Notes: generated from the sequence alone by a model not told the origin. 56,616 bases of DNA, filler included, from Chthonomonadaceae bacterium (GCA_035650735.1; 2 parts of 2 records of this genome joined end to end with filler, not necessarily neighbours in it); one strand, 5' to 3'. Numbered from the whole stretch's first letter, positions 40,060-49,819 are shown. Numbers and translations: made by a program.

Positions 40060-42168
40060 TTATGCCGGGGCGAGGCTGAGTTCGACCTCCACGGTGCCGA
40101 GGGCCTGGACTGTGACGTTGGGCACGATCTCGGTGTAGGCCATCAGCGGCAGCGTCGGCAGCGACCGCTCGATCAGGCGCTTGAGGGGCAGGCGGATCTG
40201 CCCGGAGCAGAGCAGTATCGGATTGGCGCCCTGTTCCGTCGCTTGGTCAACCTGCTGCGAGAGGGACTTGATCAGCGCCTGGGCCAGACGCGGCTCAATG
40301 GCGAGCATGTTTCCGGTGGGCGTGGCCTGCACTGCCTCCCGCAGCTCCTGCTCCAGCGCCGGAGCCAGCGTGATCACATAGATAATACCGCTGTCGTCCT
40401 GGTGCTGCTTGCAGATCTGGCGGGCCAGCGCCGCGCGAGCGAACTCGGCCAGCGCGTCCAGGTCGTTGGTGCGTGGGGCGAAGTCGGCCAGCGTCTCCAG
40501 GATGGTGGCCAGGTCGCGGATACTGACGCGCTCCTTGAGCAGGGCCTGGAGCACCTTCTGTACTTCGCCCAGCTTGAGCAGGTTGGGTATCAACTCATCC
40601 ACGGCCGCAGCGTCGTTCTGCTTGACGTGCTCCACCAGCTTCTGCGTCTCCTGGCGGGTCAGCAGCTCGGCGGCGTAGGTCTTAATGACTTCGGTCAGGT
40701 GGGTGATGAGCACCGAGGACGGGTCGGCCACGATGTATCCGGCCATCTCGGCGCGCTCCTTGAGGGAGCGGGCGATCCAGAGGGCGGGCGTGCCGAAAGC
40801 GGGCTCGGTGGTCTGGATGCCCTCGAATTGCTGGGTGACCAGGCCCGAGTCCATGGCCAGCACGCAATGCGGATAGAGCTCGTGGGTCGCTACGGTCGCG
40901 CCCTTGATTTTGATCTGATAGGTGTTGGCGCGCAGTTGCAGGTTATCGCGGATGCGCACGGTCGGCAGGATAATGCCCAGTTCCATCGCGATCTGCTTGC
41001 GCACGCCGCCGACCCGTTCGGCCAGATCCCCGCCCTCCTCCGGCAGTGCCAGCGGCACCAGGTTGCTGCCCAGTTCTAGCTCGATGACCTCCACGGAGAG
41101 CAGCGGCATCACGTTCTCCGGGCCTTTGGGCACGCTGGCGGCGGCAGCGGCCTTCTCCTCAGCCTCTTTGGCCTGCCGGGCGCTGCGTTGCTCGTTGCGC
41201 GTCAGCACAAAGGCGAAGCAGCCGAGGCCGGCGGCCAGCATCAGCAGTTGTGGCTTCGGGAAGCCGGGCAGCAGCAGCAGCACGAGGAGCAGGCCGGTGA
41301 CAATTCCCAGCGGGCGCGGGCGCATGAAGAGCTGGGCCACAAAGTCCTGGCCCATCGGGCGCTCCGAGGCGGCGCGAGTGACCATCAGGCCCGTCGCCGT
41401 CGAGATTAGCAGCGCCGGGATCTGACTGACCAGCCCTTCGCCGATGGTCAGCAGCGTATACTGCTGCAACACCGACATAAAGTCGCCGCCGCGCGCCATC
41501 CCCAGCGCGAACCCACCGACAATGTTGATGATCAGGATCAGCACGGCGGCCATGGCGTCGCCGCGCACGAACTTGCTCGCGCCGTCCATCGCGCCGTAAA
41601 AGTCGGCCTCGCGCTCGATGGTCTGGCGCCGCTCCTTGGCCTGGGCCTCGGTGATCAACCCGGCGTTCATGTCGGCGTCAATGGACATCTGCTTGCCAGG
41701 CATGGCGTCGAGGGTGAAGCGCGCCGCGACTTCGGCAACGCGCCCGGCGCCGTTGGTGATGACGACAAACTGGACGACGATGAGGATAAGGAAGGCGATA
41801 ATCCCGACGATATAGGAGCCGCCGACAACGAACTGGCCGAAGGCGTTGATCACCGCGCCCGCATGTCCGCTGCCCAGGATGAGCTTGGTGGCCGCGATGT
41901 TGAGGGCCAGCCGGAACAGGGTCATCACCAGCAGCAGCGAGGGAAAGATGCTGAACTGGAGCGGCTCGGTGTTGTAGAGGGCGACGAGCAGGATAGTGGA
42001 GGCGCCGGTGATGTTAACGACGAGCATTGTATCCAGCAGCCACGCAGGTAGCGGGATGATGAGCATCGCCACAATGAGCATGAGCAGGGCGGCAAGCGCC
42101 ATATCGCTGTGGCGGGCGGCGCGGCTGAGTGGGGACGCAGCGACGGATGAACCGGGAACAACGGCCAT
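40060..42168 (-). CDS. flhA: Flagellar export gate protein FlhA
   Basis: FPSLLLVMTLFRLALN, RVAEVAARFTLDAMPGKQMSIDAD, FYGAMDGASKFVRGD and ERVSIRDL; ATG at 42168 with SD AAGGAG. Confidence 0.96.
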   Translation of the reverse strand: MAVVPGSSVAASPLSRAARHSDMALAALLMLIVAMLIIPLPAWLLDTMLVVNITGASTILLVALYNTEPLQFSIFPSLLLVMTLFRLALNIAATKLILGSGHAGAVINAFGQFVVGGSYIVGIIAFLILIVVQFVVITNGAGRVAEVAARFTLDAMPGKQMSIDADMNAGLITEAQAKERRQTIEREADFYGAMDGASKFVRGDAMAAVLILIINIVGGFALGMARGGDFMSVLQQYTLLTIGEGLVSQIPALLISTATGLMVTRAASERPMGQDFVAQLFMRPRPLGIVTGLLLVLLLLPGFPKPQLLMLAAGLGCFAFVLTRNEQRSARQAKEAEEKAAAAASVPKGPENVMPLLSVEVIELELGSNLVPLALPEEGGDLAERVGGVRKQIAMELGIILPTVRIRDNLQLRANTYQIKIKGATVATHELYPHCVLAMDSGLVTQQFEGIQTTEPAFGTPALWIARSLKERAEMAGYIVADPSSVLITHLTEVIKTYAAELLTRQETQKLVEHVKQNDAAAVDELIPNLLKLGEVQKVLQALLKERVSIRDLATILETLADFAPRTNDLDALAEFARAALARQICKQHQDDSGIIYVITLAPALEQELREAVQATPTGNMLAIEPRLAQALIKSLSQQVDQATEQGANPILLCSGQIRLPLKRLIERSLPTLPLMAYTEIVPNVTVQALGTVEVELSLAPA

Positions 42169-42232
42169 AAACGGACGGACTCCTTGGGAAGGGTCATGCA
42201 GCAAAAGCGGTATAGTATGGGTTCATCCGTTA

Positions 42233-42260
42233 TTATCGGCAGGCAGCTTTACCAGGTTGA
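42233..42260 (-). promoter_or_regulatory. Sigma28 (FliA/SigD)-type promoter upstream of flhA
   Basis: Minus strand TCAA-N16-GCCGATAA; the -10 box is a perfect match. Confidence 0.7.
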
Positions 42261-42268
42261 GGGATAAT

Positions 42269-44005
42269 TCAGTTTTTCTCCTGAGATACCATTTGCGCTC
42301 GTGCTGCCGCCAGCAGCCCATGATCGCTCGCTAACTCTTCCGACTCCGGCGTGCAATTCTGGCGGATCCTAATGGCCTCCTCCAGCGCTTGAGCCTCGAG
42401 GGCAAAGTTGCCACGATCCCGAAAATAGGCCGCTTGGTGCTCGAGCGCATACGCAAGCTCTTTCGGCATCTGTTTCTGATACTGCCGTCTTATCACGACG
42501 GCTTTCTGCCACAACTCTCCCTCTCGGTCCATATAGTTCGCGCCAAGTTCACGGTAGCAAGCAGCGCATTTTTCATAGGCGTTCGCGAGATCCGGCGACA
42601 TTGGGGCAATCGCTTCGCGTACGTCAATCGCCGATTCCAGCGCTCTGGCTTCATCCGATGGCATCCCGCGCCCCCGGTAATATTTAGCCAGATGTTCCAG
42701 CGAGGAGGCCAACTGAGTAGAGCGTCCGCGTTTCCGCTCGACGTGGACGGACTGCTCAAGCGCCTGGAGTTCACTATCTGTATGGCCGGTGGGCTCATTG
42801 GCGACGGGCGGTTCTATCCTGTGGGCCTGTGTGGAGACCGGTCGCCAGATAAAGAAGGCGGCGAATCCCATAAACACAGCGACCAAAGGAATCACATAGT
42901 GTTTCCGTTGAGTCCGAGATGATTTCGAAGATTGGGTTGGTGCTATTATGATGGTTTGCTTATAAGATGCCGACGAGCCATCTTTAATTGCTTCAGGCGC
43001 TGCTACACTGGCTGCGCTTGCTGTATCGGCGGTGGAGGGACTCGCACCTGGATTCTCGCACGACGTATCTATATCGGCATCGGAAGCGTTTATCGGATGG
43101 ATAGGCGATGGGTCTGCGAGGCCCGGCGAGCTTTGTTCGCTAGCCGACAGGTCTTGAGGCAGGATAGGTCGCCTTGTCATCGAGGGCCGTGGCGGCGCCA
43201 GAGATTGTCGTATTTCAGCCGGCAGTTTCTTTGCTTCTTGGAGCAGATCCTTCGCTCTTTCTGAGGGTTTTTTCGCGAAATGCTCATGAAGGAGCCGCTC
43301 CAATGATTGATAGTATCCCTCTACCTTCTCCGCGTTTCGTTGTTTCAGACACACTGACATAAATTCGCAGTAGAGTTCATCAAGAACCTCTGCCTTGTAG
43401 AATTCACATGCCGTTTCGGAAATCCTGTCTTCCTTGATTTCACGTATGCAAGCGCGGATATATTCATCCGCGCGCTTGGACCATTTTATCGCCTCCTCCC
43501 TTTTCCCCAGGCTTACGAGCGCGTCGATGAGGAGGCGCAACCCTTTCATACGAAGGGTAGCAATTTCTCCCCTTGCCTTGTGGATCCATTTCGGCGCATC
43601 TTTTCCATAAGCGGCTAAAAATTCACCATTGTATTCCTCAAGGGCCTTTTTAAGATGATCTACCAGGCCATCGCCATCCATCTGTTTTACGATATTGATA
43701 GCCCTCTTGAACTCACCTACATCCGACGTAATGTTGCCATTTAGCTGGAAGCCATTATCCTTGATTATGCTTTCTTCGCCTAACCTGTCGCGTATCCCTT
43801 TAATCGGCTGGTCTACATTGGTGGAGTTCATCCCCGGGTCATGTTCAAAAGCTATGTCGGCGATGTCTGTCCGCTCCGATTTGCCATGCCAGTCAAGGAA
43901 GGCGATCAACATCGCCGGGCGGGCATAATAAAACCGTTCAACTCTTTTGCCACGCTCGGCAACTACTTGCTTTGCTGTTTTGAGTTTCCACTGCGATTCT
44001 TCCAT
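42269..44005 (-). CDS. Membrane-anchored SARP/BTAD-like regulator with C-terminal TPR repeats
   Basis: SDVGEF...ALEEYNGEFL...WIHKAR...KPSE (BTAD-like), Ser/Pro linker, one TM (YVIPLVAVFMGFAAFFIW) and TPR-like repeats (LASSLEHLA, LANAYEKCA, LAYALEHQA). Visibly lower GC than neighbours. Confidence 0.7.
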   Translation of the reverse strand: MEESQWKLKTAKQVVAERGKRVERFYYARPAMLIAFLDWHGKSERTDIADIAFEHDPGMNSTNVDQPIKGIRDRLGEESIIKDNGFQLNGNITSDVGEFKRAINIVKQMDGDGLVDHLKKALEEYNGEFLAAYGKDAPKWIHKARGEIATLRMKGLRLLIDALVSLGKREEAIKWSKRADEYIRACIREIKEDRISETACEFYKAEVLDELYCEFMSVCLKQRNAEKVEGYYQSLERLLHEHFAKKPSERAKDLLQEAKKLPAEIRQSLAPPRPSMTRRPILPQDLSASEQSSPGLADPSPIHPINASDADIDTSCENPGASPSTADTASAASVAAPEAIKDGSSASYKQTIIIAPTQSSKSSRTQRKHYVIPLVAVFMGFAAFFIWRPVSTQAHRIEPPVANEPTGHTDSELQALEQSVHVERKRGRSTQLASSLEHLAKYYRGRGMPSDEARALESAIDVREAIAPMSPDLANAYEKCAACYRELGANYMDREGELWQKAVVIRRQYQKQMPKELAYALEHQAAYFRDRGNFALEAQALEEAIRIRQNCTPESEELASDHGLLAAARAQMVSQEKN

Positions 44006-44188
44006 CACCTTTCCTCGATCCTGAATGCAACTGAAAAAATCTCAAAGTGACCTTAAATTTGAACCAGTTTCTGCCTGGCAGCATTGTCCCTCTTCGGCTA
44101 AGATACCATTGTTGCGCCCGAATGTTGCGTGCGGTGGTTACGTCACGTAATTTTCGTGCTTCGTAATGCTGATTCCTGCTGTTGAAGA

Positions 44189-45025
44189 ATGGAGAGTGTT
44201 GGTATGGAATACAATCATTGTTTTATAAGGCTTGGGAGACTACGTTTGCTACTGCCGATGATCCTGGTAGCTATACTGATTGGCATCCGTTGGATCTTCG
44301 CTGCTAGCGGCCCTCACTACTCCGTGGTGGATCTAGGCAGATCAGACTCAGCCTATATTCTCCGGCAGCAGCGCGACGGGAATATCGTACACATCTTTAT
44401 TGCAAGCAAGCCCTACGGTGAGGTAGGATGGATACGCGCTCAGGGCAGAAACACCTCGCACGCCTTTCTTCGGCGCGGCGGCCAGTTCGAAGACTTAGGC
44501 ACACTGGGGGGCAAGCGTAGCTATGCCTGGGATCTCAACGCCTATGGCTGGGTGGTCGGCTATTCGCAGTTAGCAGACCAGGGCCATCATGCCTTCCTCT
44601 TCCACGGAAGCTTGATGGACGACCTGGGCACCCTCGGCGGCACAAACAGCCAAGCCCGCGGCATTAACGATCAGGGCCAAATTGTCGGGGATGCGGATAC
44701 CCCTCAGGGAATGCGGCACGCCTTTCTCTGGGAAAAATTTCGAATGAAAGATTTAGGGACTTTGGGGGGAGGATTAGAAAGTGTGGCAACAAGCATGAAC
44801 AACAAGGGAGACATTGTTGGCTATGCCATGCCTCTGTACGCCGACAAGCACGCCGTCCTCTGGCAGCAGGGAACCATGTACGACCTGAACGAGCAGATAC
44901 TGCCAGACTCTGGATGGGAGCTTGTGGAAGCGGTAAAGATTGATGATGCGGGAAGCATTTGGGGAAACGGTAAGCTCCATGGTAGATGGCGGCGATTTAT
45001 GCTGAGGCCCCTGAAGAAATTGTAG
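44189..45025 (+). CDS. HAF-repeat extracellular protein
   Basis: Repeated HAFL...DLGTLGG..S.A..IN..GQIVG units after an N-terminal hydrophobic segment. Confidence 0.88.
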   Translation: MESVGMEYNHCFIRLGRLRLLLPMILVAILIGIRWIFAASGPHYSVVDLGRSDSAYILRQQRDGNIVHIFIASKPYGEVGWIRAQGRNTSHAFLRRGGQFEDLGTLGGKRSYAWDLNAYGWVVGYSQLADQGHHAFLFHGSLMDDLGTLGGTNSQARGINDQGQIVGDADTPQGMRHAFLWEKFRMKDLGTLGGGLESVATSMNNKGDIVGYAMPLYADKHAVLWQQGTMYDLNEQILPDSGWELVEAVKIDDAGSIWGNGKLHGRWRRFMLRPLKKL

Positions 45026-45036
45026 GGCTACTAGGG

Positions 45037-45186
45037 TTAAGGCAGCAAATCAGCGATGGCAATGGTATGGTCAGGAGCCGCAAGAGGGGCGATGGTTTCG
45101 ATCTCCGCGTGGTGTTTGACGCTGCCGTAGTAGTGGCCGAGCGGATAGCCGGTCATGGGGGCGGGATGGCGATGGACCTCCAGGCA
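45037..45186 (-). pseudogene. C-terminal fragment of a Uma2/DUF820-type protein
   Basis: LEVHRHPAPMTGYPLGHYYGSV...TIAPLAAPDHTIAIADLLP* with no N-terminal part. Confidence 0.6.
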
Positions 45187-45325
45187 TACGTCAACCTGCG
45201 CTCCACTCCATTGTCCGGTACGATAGGCTCTTTGATCCAGGCAAGTCAGGCAGGTACGCGGCCTATGGATGCGGAATCAGCAGATACAAATTAAGCCGGA
45301 AAGCAAGAAGGATGCGGATCGAGTT

Positions 45326-46393
45326 ATGAATATCACTGTCAGCCGCTTCACGGTCACGAAGCGGTATGCGCTGACCATCAGCCGGGGCACGAGCGCCGGG
45401 TCAGAGAACGTACTGGTCGCGGTGGAGCATGAGGGCGTGACGGGCCTGGGCGAGATGGCTCCGACATCCGGCGGCGCGGTGGCGGAGACCGCCGAGACCG
45501 CCGAGGCCGACCTGCGCCGCTGGACCGAGAAGCTAACGGAGTGCGCGCCCTGGGAGATGCAGCGGATCGAGGCCATCCTGGACGCCGAGGGGGGAGGGCA
45601 CGCCGCCCGCGCCGCCCTGGACATCGCCCTGCACGACTGGCAGGGCAGGCGGCTGGGCCTGCCGGTCTGGAAGCTGTTCGGCCTGGACCCGGCACGCATC
45701 CCGCCGACCTCCCTCACCCTGGGCATCAATCCCCCGGAGGTCATTCGGGAGCGGGTGCCGGAGATACTGGCCCGCACCGGCGCGCAGGCCCTGAAGGTGA
45801 AACTCGGCAGCCCCGCCGGGCTGGAGGCCGATCAAGCGATGTTTGCGGCGGCGCAGGAGGCGGCAACACGCCCGGTCCTGTGGCGCGTGGACGCCAACGG
45901 CGGCTGGAGCGTGGAGGGCGCGCGGACGATGCTGCGCTGGCTGGCGGCGCGCGGGGTCGAGTTCGTGGAGCAGCCTCTGCCGCGCGGCCAGGAGGCCGAC
46001 CTGCCCGCCGTCCACTGGGACAGCCCGCTGCCCCTCTTCGTGGATGAGAGCGTCTACCTCGCTGCCGACATTCCTCCGCTGGCCGCCAGCATTGACGGCG
46101 TCAATCTAAAGCTGATGAAGTGCGGCGGCCTGCGCGAGGCGCTGCGTATCTTCCACACGGCGCGGGCGCACGGCCTCAAAGTGATGATGGGCTGCATGTC
46201 TGAGTCCTCGCTGGCGATCACGGCGGCGGCGCACCTCTCTCCCCTCGCCGACGCGCTCGACCTGGACAGCCATCTCAACCTCAATCCGGACCCCTTCTGC
46301 GGCGCGGTGCTGTGCGAGGGACGCATTCTCCCCACCGACGCGCCCGGCCTGGGCGTGAGTCGCGTAGAGTGCCTAGAGGGAGCGACGGCCTGA
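45326..46393 (+). CDS. Dipeptide epimerase / enolase-superfamily racemase (DgcA-like)
   Basis: KVKLG, VDANGGW, VEQP, VDES, NLKLMKCGG and DLD. Confidence 0.9.
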   Translation: MNITVSRFTVTKRYALTISRGTSAGSENVLVAVEHEGVTGLGEMAPTSGGAVAETAETAEADLRRWTEKLTECAPWEMQRIEAILDAEGGGHAARAALDIALHDWQGRRLGLPVWKLFGLDPARIPPTSLTLGINPPEVIRERVPEILARTGAQALKVKLGSPAGLEADQAMFAAAQEAATRPVLWRVDANGGWSVEGARTMLRWLAARGVEFVEQPLPRGQEADLPAVHWDSPLPLFVDESVYLAADIPPLAASIDGVNLKLMKCGGLREALRIFHTARAHGLKVMMGCMSESSLAITAAAHLSPLADALDLDSHLNLNPDPFCGAVLCEGRILPTDAPGLGVSRVECLEGATA

Positions 46394-47478
46394 TGCGCTC
46401 CACCGGCACGCCCTCTCCCGATTCCTATCGCATTAGGCCGCAGGACTGTCTTGCCCTGCTGATGCACGGCCACCTCAAAAGCGGCTACGGCAAGATGGGC
46501 CTGGGGCTGCTTCGCTACAGCGAGGCCGAAATCGCCGCCGTGGTGGACAGAGAACACGCCGGGCAGGACGCGCGGGAGCTCACCGGCATTCCGCGCTCGG
46601 CGCCCGTCGTGGCTTCGGTGGCGGAGGCGGCGGCGCGCGGCGCGGATGTGCTGGTGCTGGGCGTGGCGACGCCCGGCGGCGTGCTGCCGCCAGGCTACTG
46701 GGAAGAGATGAAGGCCGGGCTGGCGGCGGGGATGTCGCTGGTGAACGGCCTGCACGCGCCCTTGGCCTCCCATCCCGAGCTGGCGCCGCTGGTGCGGCCC
46801 GGACGGTTCATCTGGGACGTGCGCAAAGAGCCAGAAAACCTGCAAAACGGGACGGGCGCGGCAGCGCAGCTTCCCGCTCGGCGCGTTCTTACCGTCGGCA
46901 CGGACATGGCTATCGGCAAGATGACCGCCGCTATCGAACTGGATCGTGCCGCCAGACGCCGCGGCCTGCGCTCCAGGTTCCTGGCCTCCGGGCAGATCGG
47001 CATCTGCATTTCGGGCGAGGGGGTGGCGCTGGACGCCGTGCGCGTGGATTTCGCCTCCGGCGCGGTGGAGGCGCTCGTCCTGCGCCACGGCTACGAGAAT
47101 GACATTCTCTTTCTGGAAGGGCAGGGCTCCGTGCTGCATCCGGCCTCTACCGCCTGGCTGCCTCTCCTCCGGGGCGGCTGCCCCACCGACCTGATTCTCT
47201 GCCACCGGGCCGGGCAGGAAGCCATCGCCCGCGCGCCCTGGGTGAAGATACCCCCGCTGCGCGAGGTCGCCGCCGTCTATGAGGCCGTCTGCGCGGCAGG
47301 CGGCGCGCTGCCCGCCGCAAAGGTTGTCGGCATTGCGCTGCTCTGTGTAGGTCTGGAGGACGCCGCCGCGCGCCGCGCGCTTGAGGAGACGGGGGCGGAA
47401 ACGGGCCTGCCCGTCACCGACGTCGTTCGGTTCGGCGCCGACCCGCTGCTGGACGCCATCCTCTCTCGCACGCCATAG
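46393..47478 (+). CDS. DUF1611 protein (DgcN-like D-amino-acid N-acetyltransferase family)
   Basis: GKMGLGLLRY, VNGLH, TVGTDMAIGKMT and EGQGS; TGATG coupling to the epimerase. Confidence 0.9.
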   Translation: MRSTGTPSPDSYRIRPQDCLALLMHGHLKSGYGKMGLGLLRYSEAEIAAVVDREHAGQDARELTGIPRSAPVVASVAEAAARGADVLVLGVATPGGVLPPGYWEEMKAGLAAGMSLVNGLHAPLASHPELAPLVRPGRFIWDVRKEPENLQNGTGAAAQLPARRVLTVGTDMAIGKMTAAIELDRAARRRGLRSRFLASGQIGICISGEGVALDAVRVDFASGAVEALVLRHGYENDILFLEGQGSVLHPASTAWLPLLRGGCPTDLILCHRAGQEAIARAPWVKIPPLREVAAVYEAVCAAGGALPAAKVVGIALLCVGLEDAAARRALEETGAETGLPVTDVVRFGADPLLDAILSRTP

Positions 47479-47663
47479 CCTGAGAAACCGAGGGGTAGCA
47501 GGGCGGGAATCACATGCAGGGTGGTTCCGGCTGCCAGACGCAAACCTCCTGCCTGAAAGGAGAGCGCTGACTTCCATTCAGTCAGGAGGTTATTAATAGG
47601 TCAGATCGCGCCGGGGATGGGATAATCAGGACACTCCATCTCCGGCAGATAGGCGGCTGTGGC

Positions 47664-47897
47664 TCAGGCGTGAATCGCCTCCTGTCTGGCCCCGGAGAGC
47701 CGGGCGCAGTTGGCGCAGCAGTAGAAGGCACCGTTGGCCTCCACGCCGTGGCCGATGATCCGACAGTTGCAGTGCGCGCAGACGGGAGCGAGCGCCTGGA
47801 CGGCGCACTCAAAGCTATCGAAGGTGTAGGTTCGACCGTCCTTGAGGACCTGGAACGTCTTGTCGTATTCGTTGCCGCACACTTCACAGCGTGGCAT
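47664..47897 (-). CDS. Small Cys-rich metal-binding (metallothionein-like) protein
   Basis: CEVCGNEYDK...FDSFECA...CAHCNCRIIGHGVE...YCCANCA; SD AGGAGG. Confidence 0.85.
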   Translation of the reverse strand: MPRCEVCGNEYDKTFQVLKDGRTYTFDSFECAVQALAPVCAHCNCRIIGHGVEANGAFYCCANCARLSGARQEAIHA

Positions 47898-47933
47898 TCT
47901 CGCCCTCCTTCCGGGCTGCCTATCCCTGCCCGC

Positions 47934-48377
47934 TTAGACTGCCGAGGGGATGCCGATGGGCCTGGAAAGTTCCTTGAGCAGTTCCGCCGTTTCGTGCTCA
48001 GGCGCTTTCTGGGCAAAATCGGCCTGCGCGACAATGCCGCAGCAGCAGCCATTCGCATCCACCACCGGCACGCGCCGCACCTGCTTCTGTTCCATCAGCT
48101 TGCAGCAGTCTTCGAGGCTCATGTCCGGCGTCGCCGTCACCACCGGCTGCGAGAAACACTGGCTGACCGTCATGGTCATCGGGTTCTGGCCATTGGCGAT
48201 GGTGCGGCAGACAATGTCCCGGTCGGTGATGATGCCGATGAGCTTCTGCGAGCTTGAGTTCTCCACGACCGGAACCGATCCGCAGCAATGTTCCACCATC
48301 AGGCGAGCCACGTCACGCAGGCTCGTTTCCGGCGTACAGCAGGCCGGATTGGGGGTCATAATATCCTGCACGTTCAT
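47934..48377 (-). CDS. CBS-domain-pair protein (Cys-rich)
   Basis: VQDIMT, GIITDRDI, VRRVPVVD and GIVAQAD; ATG at 48377. Confidence 0.9.
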   Translation of the reverse strand: MNVQDIMTPNPACCTPETSLRDVARLMVEHCCGSVPVVENSSSQKLIGIITDRDIVCRTIANGQNPMTMTVSQCFSQPVVTATPDMSLEDCCKLMEQKQVRRVPVVDANGCCCGIVAQADFAQKAPEHETAELLKELSRPIGIPSAV

Positions 48378-48644
48378 GTTGGTCTTCTCCTTCCCTCTTC
48401 CACTGGCCCGACAGCGGCCAACTGGACACTGGAGTCGCACATAAGGGAAGGCACGGAAGCAGGAAATGTTCCGCAAGTTTGCAAGCTTCAATCCGCTTCC
48501 ACAGGATACCTATCCCTGCCCAGGATGCCGCCTTTCCTCCCGCCCAGCGCTGCCACAAGAAAAAAGGAGGCCCATTTGGTTCCGGCGGGAACTCTGGAGG
48601 CATCCAATTTCGCTGGATAGGATAGGCAAACTTGCCTCAAAGCA

Positions 48645-48690
48645 TACAGCCACAGGAGGTATGGGTCGGCTTCCTGTGGCTGTAGCTTTT
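48645..48690 (+). terminator. Hairpin, terminator-like
   Basis: 13-bp stem TACAGCCACAGGA/TCCTGTGGCTGTA followed by GCTTTT. Confidence 0.4.
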
Positions 48691-48743
48691 CGCATCGCGG
48701 GCCATTGGCCTCTCCTCATGCCAAGCCGTCCTTTAGCTTTCTT

Positions 48744-48780
48744 CCCTCTTGACGCCGCCAACACCCCTTGCTATACTGAA
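48744..48780 (+). promoter_or_regulatory. Sigma70 promoter inside a 37-bp direct repeat (copy 1)
   Basis: TTGACG-N17-TATACT; identical 37 bp at 49590-49626. Confidence 0.8.
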
Positions 48781-48858
48781 GCGAAAGCAGAGCCCCCTGC
48801 CGGTCATCAACGAATTAGCACCGCAGATATAACTTAACCGAACGGAAAGAAGAACAAC

Positions 48859-49326
48859 GTGGCGCAAGTGGCGTTCACGCCCCGCAGTTATTTCAACGCG
48901 GCGCAGGAACATATGGGCATGGCGGCCCAACTGCTTCGGCAACGACAATATTTTGCTGCCCACTATTTCGCTGGCATCGCGGTCGAGTCAATATTACGTG
49001 CCCTCAGCGTTAAAGAAGGAGACCCGTTTGACAGCAGCCACAGTATAGCGTATTGAGCGCTCAAGTCCGGTCTGATGCCTCGTGGCTCGGAAGCTAGGCA
49101 GGATGCTTTCCGCGCCACACTCGACGAAATCAACACGCGCTGGCGTGCTAATCAGCGTTACATGACGGCTAAGATGCTGGATACCTATCTGCATTCAACC
49201 GGATTAGATAAAATACGTGGCGACCGCGTAAAATATAGCAGTCAACGACTTTTCGATCTTGCCAATGAGGTTGTCAGCTTAGGAGTATTACGTGGATATC
49301 GAACAACAAATCAAGGAGAGCTTAGA
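48859..49326 (+). pseudogene. HEPN-like protein with an in-frame TGA at 49054
   Basis: AAQEHMGMAAQL...AAHYFAGIAVESILRA...H...W....RY pattern continues in frame past the TGA; the 3' end is uncertain. Confidence 0.6.
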
Positions 49327-49555
49327 GCGAGAATTGCCTGGTGTGCATGTAGAAATCGAACGCAATCCAGACACTGGGAAGGTGGGAGGCCACGTTATAT
49401 GGGAAGGCTTTGCCGGATATAATAGCCTTCGCCGCCAAAACCGCGTGTTTTCGATTCTGCGCCGCAACCTGAACGCGGCTCAAGCGCAGGCAAACATCTC
49501 CTACCTCTTTACGTACACGCCGGACGAATACGAGCAGTTGCAGGCGGCGGCCTGA
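49292..49555 (+). CDS. Small BolA-like protein (partner of the HEPN-like gene)
   Basis: VIWEGFAGYNSLRRQNRVFSIL...TYTPDEY resembles the BolA pattern (vvS..F.g...l.Rq..v...L...TP.E); SD AGGAG. Confidence 0.65.
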   Translation: MDIEQQIKESLERELPGVHVEIERNPDTGKVGGHVIWEGFAGYNSLRRQNRVFSILRRNLNAAQAQANISYLFTYTPDEYEQLQAAA

Positions 49556-49589
49556 AAGGCGCCAGGCCAGACCGTCCTCTGGCGCTCTC

Positions 49590-49626
49590 CCCTCTTGACG
49601 CCGCCAACACCCCTTGCTATACTGAA
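49590..49626 (+). promoter_or_regulatory. Sigma70 promoter inside a 37-bp direct repeat (copy 2)
   Basis: CCCTCTTGACGCCGCCAACACCCCTTGCTATACTGAA, identical to 48744-48780. Confidence 0.8.
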
Positions 49627-49819
49627 AAAAAGCGGAGGGGCCGAAGACCCACTCCGCCAAACCGGAGCACAGAAGCGTGCTTCCCTTAATCGAATTGCTC
49701 ATTTATCTTACCGCTTCTACGACCCCATTAGTTTCCTCGACTAGCAATTTTTCGCCTCTGATCCTCCAGATCAGGCCCGATACTGACTACAATTGTCGGA
49801 CCTGCCCGTATTTTACTTA

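Noticed and set aside
49054..49056. TGA in the HEPN-like gene as selenocysteine or genome-wide TGA recoding
   Set aside because: No Cys-type redox motif surrounds it, and several intact genes end normally at TGA (e.g. 2732, 23856, 52818). A TGG-to-TGA nonsense change is simpler.
49673..49703. Possible decayed prepilin leader (KRA../LIELLI) after the second promoter copy
   Set aside because: Too short, needs indels to read through, and has no downstream similarity.
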